A DNA stretch of 64,000 bases from an uncultured Armatimonadetes bacterium. Its GTDB lineage: Bacteria > Armatimonadota > UBA5829 > DTJY01. The notes beneath the pieces were generated by a model. It was not told the DNA's origin. It searched no databases and saw only the letters and a program-made list of their open reading frames with translations. The stretch covers positions 1,760,001 through 1,824,000 of the forward strand of contig OY970325.1 in assembly GCA_963717145.1 (NCBI GenBank). The letters are read 5' to 3'. Both the position numbers and the translations under genes were made by a program. Of the stretch, positions 30,272 through 39,326 are shown in pieces (positions within the stretch are counted from its first letter, which is position 1; every line of letters starts with the position of its first letter).

Positions 30272-31486
30272 ATGAGACGCACACTTTCCGGATTATCGTT
30301 CGCGCTTCTCGCCCTTACGGTGTTCGCCGCATCGTTCCCCGCGACTGCCCGCGCTGAGACTGTCGGCTGCGGCAGCGAGATCACTACGCATCTATTCGAA
30401 CTCAAGAAATCCATCGTCGCGGACGCCAAGGCAGGGCTCGTCGATCAAGCCCTCTTGCAATTGAAGGAGTTCGACGACTACAAGGACGCGCCCCAGGCGG
30501 CCGATGCACGTCTCGCGGTGGCAAAGGCCGCCAGAGAAGATGGCCGCGCCCAAGAGTCCGCCGATCTGCTCAAGATCACCGTCAAGGAAGATCCCTACAA
30601 TCTGGTGACACCGGACTCGCTCGCACTGCTCTGCACCATTCTCTATGAAGATCTGAAGGACGAGAAGCAGTACCAGCAGTACCTGTCTCAGCTTGCCACC
30701 AACTACTACCCAGGGATTCCCGTCGTGGCGCAGGCCCGGTCTGCATACGAAGGGAAGTTCGTCGACGCTCCGAAGGCGAAGAAGATCCTGCTCGACGAGA
30801 CTCTCGGTGGGGGATCGATAGTCGACCGTGGCTGCTATCCCGGCTTCTGCAACAACAGCCAGTGGGAGGTCATCTGCACTCTCGGCGAGGCGGGATACGT
30901 CGTGCATGACAACCACTATCACCGTGGCTCCATACTCACCGCCGATGTGATGAGCCAGTACGGGCTCGTCATCATCAATGGGGGGCGGACCGTCGGCCGG
31001 ATGCCCCTGCCCGAGGCCGCGATCGAGAGCATTGTGAACTACGTCAACGCGGGTGGCAGACTCCTCATCGTGGGTGCAAGCAAGACCTACGGAGGGACCG
31101 GCATGGAGCCGGGCCAGATGGCGGAGTATCTGAACCCTCTGGTAAGCCGATTTGGCCTGGAATTCGACGCGGACTACACAACCGGCGCCGCTCGCGTGAA
31201 ATGCAAGCCTGCGGATCATCCCGCCATGAAAGGCGTCGATGAGTTCCTCTGCGAGTTCGGCACTCGAGTGTCCGGAGGGACGCCCTTGGGGTTCTACGAG
31301 TCCATCCCGGTCATGGCCGTCACCAACTACGGCAAGGGCGTCGTGATGGCGGCAGGCATCGGCAGAGCCTTCCGGGGGAGCACGATCGGCAACCTCTGCG
31401 CTACCGATAAGCAGAAGGCTGAGGCCCAGGTGAATCGCGCGTTCCTGGTCAAGCTGGCGCAGTACCTCACCTCATCGGTGAAGTAG
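30272..31486 (+). CDS. Secreted TPR-like + GATase-like (DUF4350/IFT52-type) domain protein
   Basis: Signal peptide, helical N-terminal half; ILLDETLG, IVNYVNAGGRLLIVG, LNPLVSRFG, YGKGVV. Confidence 0.6.
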   Translation: MRRTLSGLSFALLALTVFAASFPATARAETVGCGSEITTHLFELKKSIVADAKAGLVDQALLQLKEFDDYKDAPQAADARLAVAKAAREDGRAQESADLLKITVKEDPYNLVTPDSLALLCTILYEDLKDEKQYQQYLSQLATNYYPGIPVVAQARSAYEGKFVDAPKAKKILLDETLGGGSIVDRGCYPGFCNNSQWEVICTLGEAGYVVHDNHYHRGSILTADVMSQYGLVIINGGRTVGRMPLPEAAIESIVNYVNAGGRLLIVGASKTYGGTGMEPGQMAEYLNPLVSRFGLEFDADYTTGAARVKCKPADHPAMKGVDEFLCEFGTRVSGGTPLGFYESIPVMAVTNYGKGVVMAAGIGRAFRGSTIGNLCATDKQKAEAQVNRAFLVKLAQYLTSSVK

Positions 31487-31502
31487 CGGGTCCTGCAGCA
31501 TC

Positions 31503-32561
31503 TCAACGAACGATCAGCCTGACATCATTGGCGCCGGCCGCCTGGAGGCAGGGAGCGGTACTACCCGGACCACTCTCGAAGCATGAGCTGATGCCGATCA
31601 CCTCCACGACATCGCCGACTAGATGCCCGTCCGGCGAATGCACGGCTCGCACGCCGATGTTCGGCTCAGTGCCCGTCATAGTGCCATCCACGACCTGGCA
31701 ACCATCGTCTACGTAGAGGTAAGCTGGATAGCTCGTCGAAACTTGCCTGATCTTGCCCCATATGCGCACGGGCAGTCCGATATTGTTGAGGCCCTCGCCG
31801 CCGGTCATACCCTTTTGCCCCGCGCCAGTGGCCTCATTGTACGAGAAAGCCGCGCCACCGAGATGCTTGGTCAGGATCAGAAGCGGATTGACAGACCCGC
31901 TGCCGTTGCCGATCGCTCTGCCCGCCAGTATGCATCTCTCGCCGGAGTCCGCGGTCTGCATAATGCCGGCAGCATCCGCTCGCATACCTGCGCTGAGCGT
32001 CAGGCCGGACTTCTCGACTCGCAGACCGACCGACCGATCATCAGCAGCAATGTAGAACGGCAGTCCATAGTCACGGGTTACCACCGCCGCGCTGATGTCT
32101 ACAAGCGTGCCATCCGCCGCTGTCTTCGCTCCACGAATGGTCGTCACCTTCGGACTTGTTACGATGAACGGCAGAGTCTCGATCGTCTGCCCCCACGAAG
32201 CGAACCTGAGGGTATAGCTGCCTGGACTCAGAGTCCCTAGCGGAAACTCCTGGCTGACAGTGTCGATAATCATCAAACACGGCCCGCCGACCTGCTCAAG
32301 GAAGATCGAGTCGATGGTGATCTGATTGCCGTTCTTCTGAGGGGGAGACCAGTGGTTGAGTGTGTAGCAGGTGCTCGACAGGGTGACTTCTACGCGCGCC
32401 TGCACGGCGCCGCCCTGTGGCCATACCAGCATGTCTACAGAACTCGCCGGCGGGTAATATGGTATATAGGTGAACTGTGCGCAGGCGGGAAGAGCTGTCA
32501 GGCCGATGGCAAACAGCAGCAGGGCGATGGTGAGCATGAACCGGGTGGAGTTGCCTTGCAT
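31503..32561 (-). CDS. Secreted protein with tandem OB-fold-like C-terminal module
   Basis: Signal peptide; TIRGAKTAADGTLV..VVT..FYI..DRSVGLRV, GLNNIGLPVRIWG, YVDDG. Confidence 0.7.
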   Translation of the reverse strand: MQGNSTRFMLTIALLLFAIGLTALPACAQFTYIPYYPPASSVDMLVWPQGGAVQARVEVTLSSTCYTLNHWSPPQKNGNQITIDSIFLEQVGGPCLMIIDTVSQEFPLGTLSPGSYTLRFASWGQTIETLPFIVTSPKVTTIRGAKTAADGTLVDISAAVVTRDYGLPFYIAADDRSVGLRVEKSGLTLSAGMRADAAGIMQTADSGERCILAGRAIGNGSGSVNPLLILTKHLGGAAFSYNEATGAGQKGMTGGEGLNNIGLPVRIWGKIRQVSTSYPAYLYVDDGCQVVDGTMTGTEPNIGVRAVHSPDGHLVGDVVEVIGISSCFESGPGSTAPCLQAAGANDVRLIVR

Positions 32562-32758
32562 TTTCGAGCCTCCTGTCGGATAGCTGTAGTGTGAAACGCA
32601 ATTAGCGATATATTTTACCCAGAGCTGCAGTGCGCCTAAACATGTTGTCGGCGCTCCGGCTCACATGATGGATTCGCCGACCGAGCCGCCGTCTCCTGCA
32701 GGAAATCCCCTGCCCTCTGCCAAACTTCCTCTTAGCTGCATACCAGCGGAGGACGACA

Positions 32759-35104
32759 ATGCGCAAACAGGAACTGCGATTCGAAGACTGCTACTTCACT
32801 CAGGATCAGTATGAGGTGACGCTTGGGAACTCCCGCATCGAGCGTCAATGGCGCTGCAGTAAGAGAGGTCTGACGACCGTTCGTCTGATCGACAAGCTCA
32901 CCCGACGGAACTGGGCCGCGCAGGCGATAAACCCCGAGTCCATCATCACGTTCCAGAACCGCCTGATCGGGCTCTCCGGCCTCCCGACGGTCGTGACCTC
33001 CGCCGAGATCATCGAGAACTCCCTCAGCGCGCAGTCGCTTCGCTTGCGGTTCACCTGCGCCTGCGGGCAGCACACCATCGACAAGTGCTTCGAGATCTTC
33101 CCCGGGGTCGCGGCCATTCGAACATGGCTCGAGATCACCTGGGCGGAGGATATGTCGCTCCTCGATTATACTCAGGTCGACCGCTTCAGCCTCAATCTGT
33201 GGGAGGCGAGTGCGACCGCCGTCGAACTGCATGATCTGACCGACTACACTAACCACCTCGCCACCGTTCGGGAGTTCGATCTCGCGAAGACGAGCAAACT
33301 CGTCGGTAACAACATATTCATCGAAAAGGCAGACGGCGAAGGCATCTTCGGCTACAAGGAGAGCCCGGTTCCGAATAGTCAGTTGTACCATCTCTACTAC
33401 GATTTCGAGGCCGACAAGCAGTGGCTTGCGGGCATCGGCGCGGGATTCCACAACCTCCCCGCGGGACAGACGCGGCGGACCTACGCCTTCACGTTCGGCG
33501 TATACTCCGGGGGACGCGATGCCGGCATCCTCGCCCTCAAGGAGTATCAGGCCGCCCGGTACAAGACCGTCCCCGAGCGCGACTACATCATCAGCGCCAA
33601 CAGTTGGGGCGACTTCAGCACTGACATCAACGAGGAGAAGCTGATCGCGGAGGTCGAGGCCGCCGCGGCACTCGGCATCGAGAGCGTGGCTGTCGATGCC
33701 GGATGGACTCCCCACGTCATGGGCGGCGACCCCGATCCCGTGAAGTTCCCGAACGGGTTCGCGCCCCTGTGCAGGCGGGCGAAGGAACTCGGCGTCAAGC
33801 TGGAACTGTGGATGGTCCCCACCCGGCTCGACGGCGCGATAGACGTGCTGAAGGAGCACCCGGAGTGGGTCGCCCGCACGAATAATATGACCCCATGCGA
33901 CCGACAGCCGAGTTACGGCGGAGTCATGCTGACCGGCATCGAGCTGTGCAACCCCGAATGCTTTGCATCGATGAAGGACTACTTCCTGCGCTTCTACGAT
34001 GAGGGGTTCGAGCGGTTCAAGATGGACACCTTCCAGTGCGACGGCTTCGACTCGCTGGAGGGCGATCTATATGATCACTACGAGGCGCTCCGGCGGTTGA
34101 TGCACGAGTTGGTGGTCGAGCGCCCCGGCCTGACGTTCACGCAGGACTCGACGCGCACCAATCGCCCGATCTACGACTATTATATGGATTATGGAATCAT
34201 CTTCCTGGAGAACCGCTATCAGCGCGGGCCGATGGATGGGAACGGACGATACCTCCCCTGGAAGACTCTGCGAAACCTGTGGCAGGTCGCGCCATACATC
34301 CCGCCGCAGAAGCTGAACATGGAGCTGTCGAACGACGAGGAGGGCTACACGCCGGAGTACCTGTTCGCGACGGTGATGTTCGCCAACCCGCTGTTCTGGG
34401 AGTCGCTGGCCAGGATCTCCGATGGTCCTACTCCCACTCCGATCGGGAACCCCACCCCAGCCCTCCCCGCAACGGAGAGGGAGTCTACCTCGTGCCCTCC
34501 CAAGTCTGCTCTGAGTTCCCTTGAGCCCGAGAGCTGCCCCCTCTCCGTTGCGGGGAGGGCTGGGGTGGGGTCCTCCGATTGCTCCCTCTCCGTTGCGGGG
34601 AGGGCTGGGGAGGGGTCCTCCGGAGGGACACGAGCACGCCTGAAGCGGATGATATCCCTGTACAAGGAACACCGTGCCGCGATCTACGCCGGGCACATCT
34701 GGCCGCTCGGGGATATGCCGGATGGAACGGCATGGACCGGCTTCCAGTCGCACGATCCGAAGACCGGGTCCGGCTACCTCATTGTCTACCGCGAGGACAA
34801 CCCCGAGGAGTCGCACGTCTTCCACCCCAAGTTCCTCACCGCCCCGACCCGCTTCGAGAGCCTCACGGACGACTCTCCCACCCTCCTCTTGACGCCCTCT
34901 GCCCCCGAGGAAGAATCGCCCACTCTCCCCCTCACCCCCTCCCCGACTCCTCCCTCCCCCCAACACCAAACACCCCTGAGGCGCTCTGGCGCCGTTCCCG
35001 CGACTCCGGTCGCCCAACCCCCCGACACCCAACACCCTTCCCTGGCGGTCACCCTCCCAACCGAGAGGAGCTTCCGGCTCTACCGCTACTCCCCCACCGG
35101 CTGA
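32759..35104 (+). CDS. Alpha-galactosidase-like (GH36/clan D) enzyme with repeat insertions
   Basis: NSWGD, VAVDAGW, PDPVKFPNG, LELW, FKMD, WTGFQS; GGAGG RBS. Confidence 0.8.
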   Translation: MRKQELRFEDCYFTQDQYEVTLGNSRIERQWRCSKRGLTTVRLIDKLTRRNWAAQAINPESIITFQNRLIGLSGLPTVVTSAEIIENSLSAQSLRLRFTCACGQHTIDKCFEIFPGVAAIRTWLEITWAEDMSLLDYTQVDRFSLNLWEASATAVELHDLTDYTNHLATVREFDLAKTSKLVGNNIFIEKADGEGIFGYKESPVPNSQLYHLYYDFEADKQWLAGIGAGFHNLPAGQTRRTYAFTFGVYSGGRDAGILALKEYQAARYKTVPERDYIISANSWGDFSTDINEEKLIAEVEAAAALGIESVAVDAGWTPHVMGGDPDPVKFPNGFAPLCRRAKELGVKLELWMVPTRLDGAIDVLKEHPEWVARTNNMTPCDRQPSYGGVMLTGIELCNPECFASMKDYFLRFYDEGFERFKMDTFQCDGFDSLEGDLYDHYEALRRLMHELVVERPGLTFTQDSTRTNRPIYDYYMDYGIIFLENRYQRGPMDGNGRYLPWKTLRNLWQVAPYIPPQKLNMELSNDEEGYTPEYLFATVMFANPLFWESLARISDGPTPTPIGNPTPALPATERESTSCPPKSALSSLEPESCPLSVAGRAGVGSSDCSLSVAGRAGEGSSGGTRARLKRMISLYKEHRAAIYAGHIWPLGDMPDGTAWTGFQSHDPKTGSGYLIVYREDNPEESHVFHPKFLTAPTRFESLTDDSPTLLLTPSAPEEESPTLPLTPSPTPPSPQHQTPLRRSGAVPATPVAQPPDTQHPSLAVTLPTERSFRLYRYSPTG
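34449..34616. repeat. Three CCCCACCCCAGCCCTCCCCGCAACGGAGAGGGAG-family copies in frame
   Basis: Copies at 34449 (+), 34538 (-) and 34582 (-). Confidence 0.92.
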
Positions 35105-35515
35105 GTGCCGCCTTGCGATCCGCAAGGCAACGATCCAGGAGACGGATCGGTGAAGGTGGTCTTCTCGAACAGGGCGACCATGAACTACAAAGCTCTGCAA
35201 CAGTATCTGGAGTACCTCGATACGAACCGTGCGGCGCTCGGTTACCGGGCCGCACCGGAGATCATCCGTCCTGATCAGATCTCCTCCTTCACCGCTGGGA
35301 AACGCATGGGACTGCAGATAGCCGACGCGGTTGCCTGCAGTTACTTCAAGGCAGTGGAGGCAAACGCCTTCGGCTTCACAGAGGAATCGTACGCAAAGTC
35401 TATCGTCGCCAGGGCATATAGACATAATGGCGAACTCTGGGGCTACGGTCTGAACGTCATGCCCAGGGAGACTGAGGAGAAACGGCGTGCAGGAGGGATA
35501 CTACAGGGCTGGTAG
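35105..35515 (+). pseudogene. 5'-truncated DUF3800 (RNase H-fold) protein
   Basis: GLQIADAVA (QxAD motif) and C-terminal GYGLNVMP. The N-terminal DES motif is absent and the frame abuts the upstream stop codon. Confidence 0.75.
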
Positions 35516-35528
35516 CGGCTGAGGAGGC

Positions 35529-35621
35529 AAAAAAATAGCAGGTCCCGGGTCGTAGGATCCCACCGACCAGCGGCTGCCGCCCGTAAGGGCGACCTACGAG
35601 AACTCCCGCGCATACCTGCAT
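35529..35621 (-). ncRNA. DUF3800-associated structured ncRNA candidate
   Basis: Nested stems gcaggt/acctgc, cggg/cccg, tcgtagg/cctacga and gccc-N4-gggc. On the minus strand there is an extended -10 TGGTACAAT (35626-35634) and a 3' U7 tract. Confidence 0.7.
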
Positions 35622-35685
35622 ACACATTGTACCATTGCGTAACGCACTTTGCAGCACTTTTTGTAATCTTTTGCGTTACGAACGC

Positions 35686-35766
35686 ATGACCCTCCCCGGC
35701 CTCTTCGCCCTCCAGTCATCCCACTCCGGCGGCGAGCTGACGAAGATCACCTATCCCTGGGAGTGA
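35686..35766 (+). pseudogene. Orphan 3' gene fragment resembling a Gfo/Idh/MocA oxidoreductase C-terminus
   Basis: MTLPGLFALQSSHSGGELTKITYPWE*, host-like codons, no RBS. Confidence 0.4.
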
Positions 35767-35904
35767 CCGCCGGTCGTACTCCTACTCGCACTCGAAAGCG
35801 ACAAACCGCCGCCTCCTTGACTGGTTGCCATGAATTGTAGTAACATAAGGTGTCCCAGCCACAGCCAGATCGGGAAAGGTCGCGTACACCCTTAGGACGC
35901 CGTT

Positions 35905-38274
35905 ATGCCGACTGAAGCAGACACCTGCCGAAAGTACGTCACACCCATGCTGCAAGCCGCCGGGTGGGAAGATGAACCCCATTCCATCGCGGAGCAGCGA
36001 ACCATCACCGACGGGCGCATAATCCCCAAGGGAAACGGCTTCGTGCGGAAGCCGCCCAAGCGCGTCGACTATCTCCTTCGCTACACCCGCGACTTCCCTC
36101 TTGCAGTTCTTGAGGCAAAGCCTGAGTACAAGAAGGCTGCGGACGGATTCCAGCAGGCGAAGGACTACGCGGAGATGCTCGGCCTCAAGTTCGCCTATGC
36201 AAGCAACGGCCCGGAGATCATCGAGTTCGATTACACCACAGGCCTTGAGACCACTCTTTCCGCCTATCCCACACCTGCGGAACTGATGCAGCGCTATCGG
36301 GATGCAGCAGGCCTCAAGGATCAGCAGGTCGTGGACCGGCTGCTCACTCCTTATAACCACCAGGTGAACAAGGGTGAGCGGTACTACCAGATGATCGCCA
36401 TCAACCGCGCGGTGGAGGCGATCCTTACCGGCGACAACCGGATACTGATCACCATGGCGACCGGCACGGGCAAGACCGCCGTCGCCTTCCAGATCTGCTG
36501 GAAGCTCTGGAACGCCCGATGGAATCCCAAGGGCGAATATCGCCGCCCCAAGATTCTCTACCTTGCGGATCGGAGCATCCTGGTGGACCAGCCGAAGGAC
36601 GGCATATTCGCCGCCTTCGGGGATGCCCGGTGCAAGATCGAGGGCGGGGAGGTAGTCAAGGGCCGGGAGATGTACTTCGCACTCTATCAGGCTCTTGCCG
36701 AGGACGAACGGCGCGAGGGCCGCTTCCGGGAGTTCGCCCCTGACTTCTTTGACCTTATCATCGTTGACGAGTGCCATCGGGGAAGCGCGCGGGACGACAG
36801 TTGCTGGCGAGTGATTCTCGATTACTTCAAACCGGCGTACCAGCTAGGCATGACCGCGACTCCACTCCGGGAGGAGAACCGGGACACCTATATCTACTTC
36901 GGCAACCCGATCTACCAGTACAGTCTCCGCCAGGGCATCGAGGATGGTTTCCTCGCGCCTTACCGCGTTCACCGCGTGCTCACCGAGTGGGATGCCGCCG
37001 GTTGGCGGCCAAGCAAGGATGAGAGAGACCGCTACGGCCGTCCCATTCCCGATGATGAATACCAGACGAACGACTTCGAGCGGGTTATCGCCCTCCGTGC
37101 CCGGACTGAGACGATCGCCCGCCACCTGGTGGAGTTCCTGCGGAAGACCGACCGGTTCGCCAAGACTATCGTCTTCTGCGTCGATCAGGAGCACGCCAGC
37201 GATATGCGAAGGGCGATCAACAACTTCAGTACGGACCTCACCGTCGAGCACCCGGACTATGTCTGCCGGGTCACGTCCGACGAGGGAGATATTGGGCGCG
37301 GCCACCTTAGCAGGTTTCAGGACGTGGACACACAGGTCCCGACGATACTTACGACTTCGCAACTTCTGACCACCGGGATAGACGCGCCCACCTGCAAGAA
37401 TGTCGTCCTCGCTCGCGTTATCAACTCCATGACGGAGTTCAAGCAGATCATCGGCCGAGGCACCCGCGTCCGGGATGACTACGGCAAGCTATGGTTCAAC
37501 ATAGTTGACTACACCGGATCGGCCACACGCCTGTTCGCAGACCCGGACTTCGACGGGGAACCGACACGGCTTACCGAAGAGGAGATCAACGACGGCGACG
37601 ACGGCACCACCATCATTGATATCTTCCCGCAGGATGATGAACCGCCCGAAGATGGGGTTCCGCCTGGTGGAGTGATACGTGAACCTCCCTGGCCTCCTGA
37701 GCACCGGAAGTTCTACTTCGACGGCGGACAGGTGGAGATCGCCGCTCATCTGGTCTACGAGTTGGACCCGGATGGAAAGCAGCTTCGTGTTATCCGTTAC
37801 ACCGACTACGCGGCGGAAAGAGTCCGCGTGATCTGCCCGACCGCCCCGGAACTGCGCGCTCAGTGGGCCGACCCGGAGAAGCGCTCGGAGATCATCCAAC
37901 TCCTGGCCGAACGTGGTGTCAGCTTCGAGTCCCTTGCCGACGCCGCCCAGCAGCCGGACGTCGATCCGTTTGACCTGCTATGCCACCTTGCCTTCAACGC
38001 TCCGCTTCGGAGTCGGAGGGAGAGGGCGCAGCAACTGAGGCAGGACCGCCCCGGCTTCTTCGCCCAATACGGACCGGAGGCTCGGGCTATCCTCGGCGAG
38101 TTGCTGGAGAAGTATGCCGAGCACGGCTATGCCGAGTTCGTCTTGCCCGACATTCTGAAAGTCCCGCCAATCTCCGCGCACGGGGAAATCGGCGATATCG
38201 TCAACATCTTCGGCGGTCCCGAGAAGCTGCGGGATGCGGTGAACTACATGCAGGCTCTACTCTATTCCGCCTAA
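35905..38274 (+). CDS. hsdR: Type I restriction enzyme R subunit (EcoAI/EcoEI-like)
   Basis: TEADT, VDY..LEAK, MATGTGKT, DECHRG, GMTATP, FKQIIGRGTR and an EcoEI_R_C-like tail. Confidence 0.95.
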   Translation: MPTEADTCRKYVTPMLQAAGWEDEPHSIAEQRTITDGRIIPKGNGFVRKPPKRVDYLLRYTRDFPLAVLEAKPEYKKAADGFQQAKDYAEMLGLKFAYASNGPEIIEFDYTTGLETTLSAYPTPAELMQRYRDAAGLKDQQVVDRLLTPYNHQVNKGERYYQMIAINRAVEAILTGDNRILITMATGTGKTAVAFQICWKLWNARWNPKGEYRRPKILYLADRSILVDQPKDGIFAAFGDARCKIEGGEVVKGREMYFALYQALAEDERREGRFREFAPDFFDLIIVDECHRGSARDDSCWRVILDYFKPAYQLGMTATPLREENRDTYIYFGNPIYQYSLRQGIEDGFLAPYRVHRVLTEWDAAGWRPSKDERDRYGRPIPDDEYQTNDFERVIALRARTETIARHLVEFLRKTDRFAKTIVFCVDQEHASDMRRAINNFSTDLTVEHPDYVCRVTSDEGDIGRGHLSRFQDVDTQVPTILTTSQLLTTGIDAPTCKNVVLARVINSMTEFKQIIGRGTRVRDDYGKLWFNIVDYTGSATRLFADPDFDGEPTRLTEEEINDGDDGTTIIDIFPQDDEPPEDGVPPGGVIREPPWPPEHRKFYFDGGQVEIAAHLVYELDPDGKQLRVIRYTDYAAERVRVICPTAPELRAQWADPEKRSEIIQLLAERGVSFESLADAAQQPDVDPFDLLCHLAFNAPLRSRRERAQQLRQDRPGFFAQYGPEARAILGELLEKYAEHGYAEFVLPDILKVPPISAHGEIGDIVNIFGGPEKLRDAVNYMQALLYSA

Positions 38275-38287
38275 GGGGGAACATGGT

Positions 38288-39325
38288 ATGCACACAGCGC
38301 TCTACTATCCGTATGCCTCGGTCCCCAATCGACGCCTCCTGAGAACCACTCTTCTCCTATGGGATCAGATTCAGGTGATCGATCCGGTGGGCGCATGTAG
38401 GTATTCTAAGCACCCGATGGTGCGGGAGGCCCAGGAACTTGTCGTTCGTCGATATGCTCCAAGTGAGGATGAGCAGTTGCTCGCACATCGAATCATAATG
38501 GAGTTTATGCACAGCCCATTGCCAGATCGGTTGTTCGTTCACATGGGAGAGCCGAGAGATCACGTCTACCGCCGTAAATTCTCGCCCCGGACCTGGGATG
38601 CGTTGCTGGAGAGCAGGTTGGCAGGTCCTTGGGATGTCGACCGCGTCTATACAAGCCTGGCAATGTCAATGATCCTTATGGCAATACTCGCGGAGTGCTG
38701 TGCAGGAGAGACCAAGCGGCTGGTTACGGATGAGACGGGGGAGTATGATAGGCTGAGGCGTAGCTTTGGGGCACGAACAGACGGTGCCGTGAAGACCAGC
38801 CCCGACCCGGAGGATAGGCTTCTGGTATCGCTTACTATCAGGATGGTAGATGTCTCTGCCATCCCTCTCCACAACCTCGTTCGGCTGCGCAAGAAGGAAC
38901 TCGGTCCGAGCGGCCATCTCTATACTCAAGTTCGTCACGCACTCTTAGGTCGTCTGGAGGCGCACGCATTAGAGATGGTCAAGCCTACCTATAGCATCTC
39001 CGATCGGCAAGAGATCGAGAGATGCTTTGAGCAGGAAATGGCCAACGACTATGCAGACTTGGCAGAAGAACTTGGACTTGCAGGGCGGAAGTTCGTTCTG
39101 TCCGGGGAGTTTGCTGCCTTGGTGGCACTGGTCGCCAGCGCCTTCACTCAGCCATCGCTAGCAGGAACGCCTGCAGGAGGAGCTGCCTTCATATTGGGTG
39201 CAGGTGGCATACTGGCTGATCTCTTGACCAAGTATCGGGCGCATCGAAAGCGTACCCTTCTGGATCACCCAACTGCTTCCTTGTATCTCGCAGAACATGC
39301 CGGTTTTGAACAGGACTTACGCTGA
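38288..39325 (+). CDS. Uncharacterised protein between hsdR and hsdM (DUF6236-like), hydrophobic C-terminus
   Basis: ALYYPY..LLLWDQI N-terminus and a hydrophobic FAALVALVASAF...FILGAGGILADLL segment; codons more AT-rich than flanking genes. Confidence 0.7.
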   Translation: MHTALYYPYASVPNRRLLRTTLLLWDQIQVIDPVGACRYSKHPMVREAQELVVRRYAPSEDEQLLAHRIIMEFMHSPLPDRLFVHMGEPRDHVYRRKFSPRTWDALLESRLAGPWDVDRVYTSLAMSMILMAILAECCAGETKRLVTDETGEYDRLRRSFGARTDGAVKTSPDPEDRLLVSLTIRMVDVSAIPLHNLVRLRKKELGPSGHLYTQVRHALLGRLEAHALEMVKPTYSISDRQEIERCFEQEMANDYADLAEELGLAGRKFVLSGEFAALVALVASAFTQPSLAGTPAGGAAFILGAGGILADLLTKYRAHRKRTLLDHPTASLYLAEHAGFEQDLR

Positions 39326-39326
39326 T

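Noticed and set aside
24606-35900. tRNA-Pro as the integration site of the downstream island
   Set aside because: I saw no integrase and no duplicated tRNA 3' end, and the tRNA 3' end faces away from the island.
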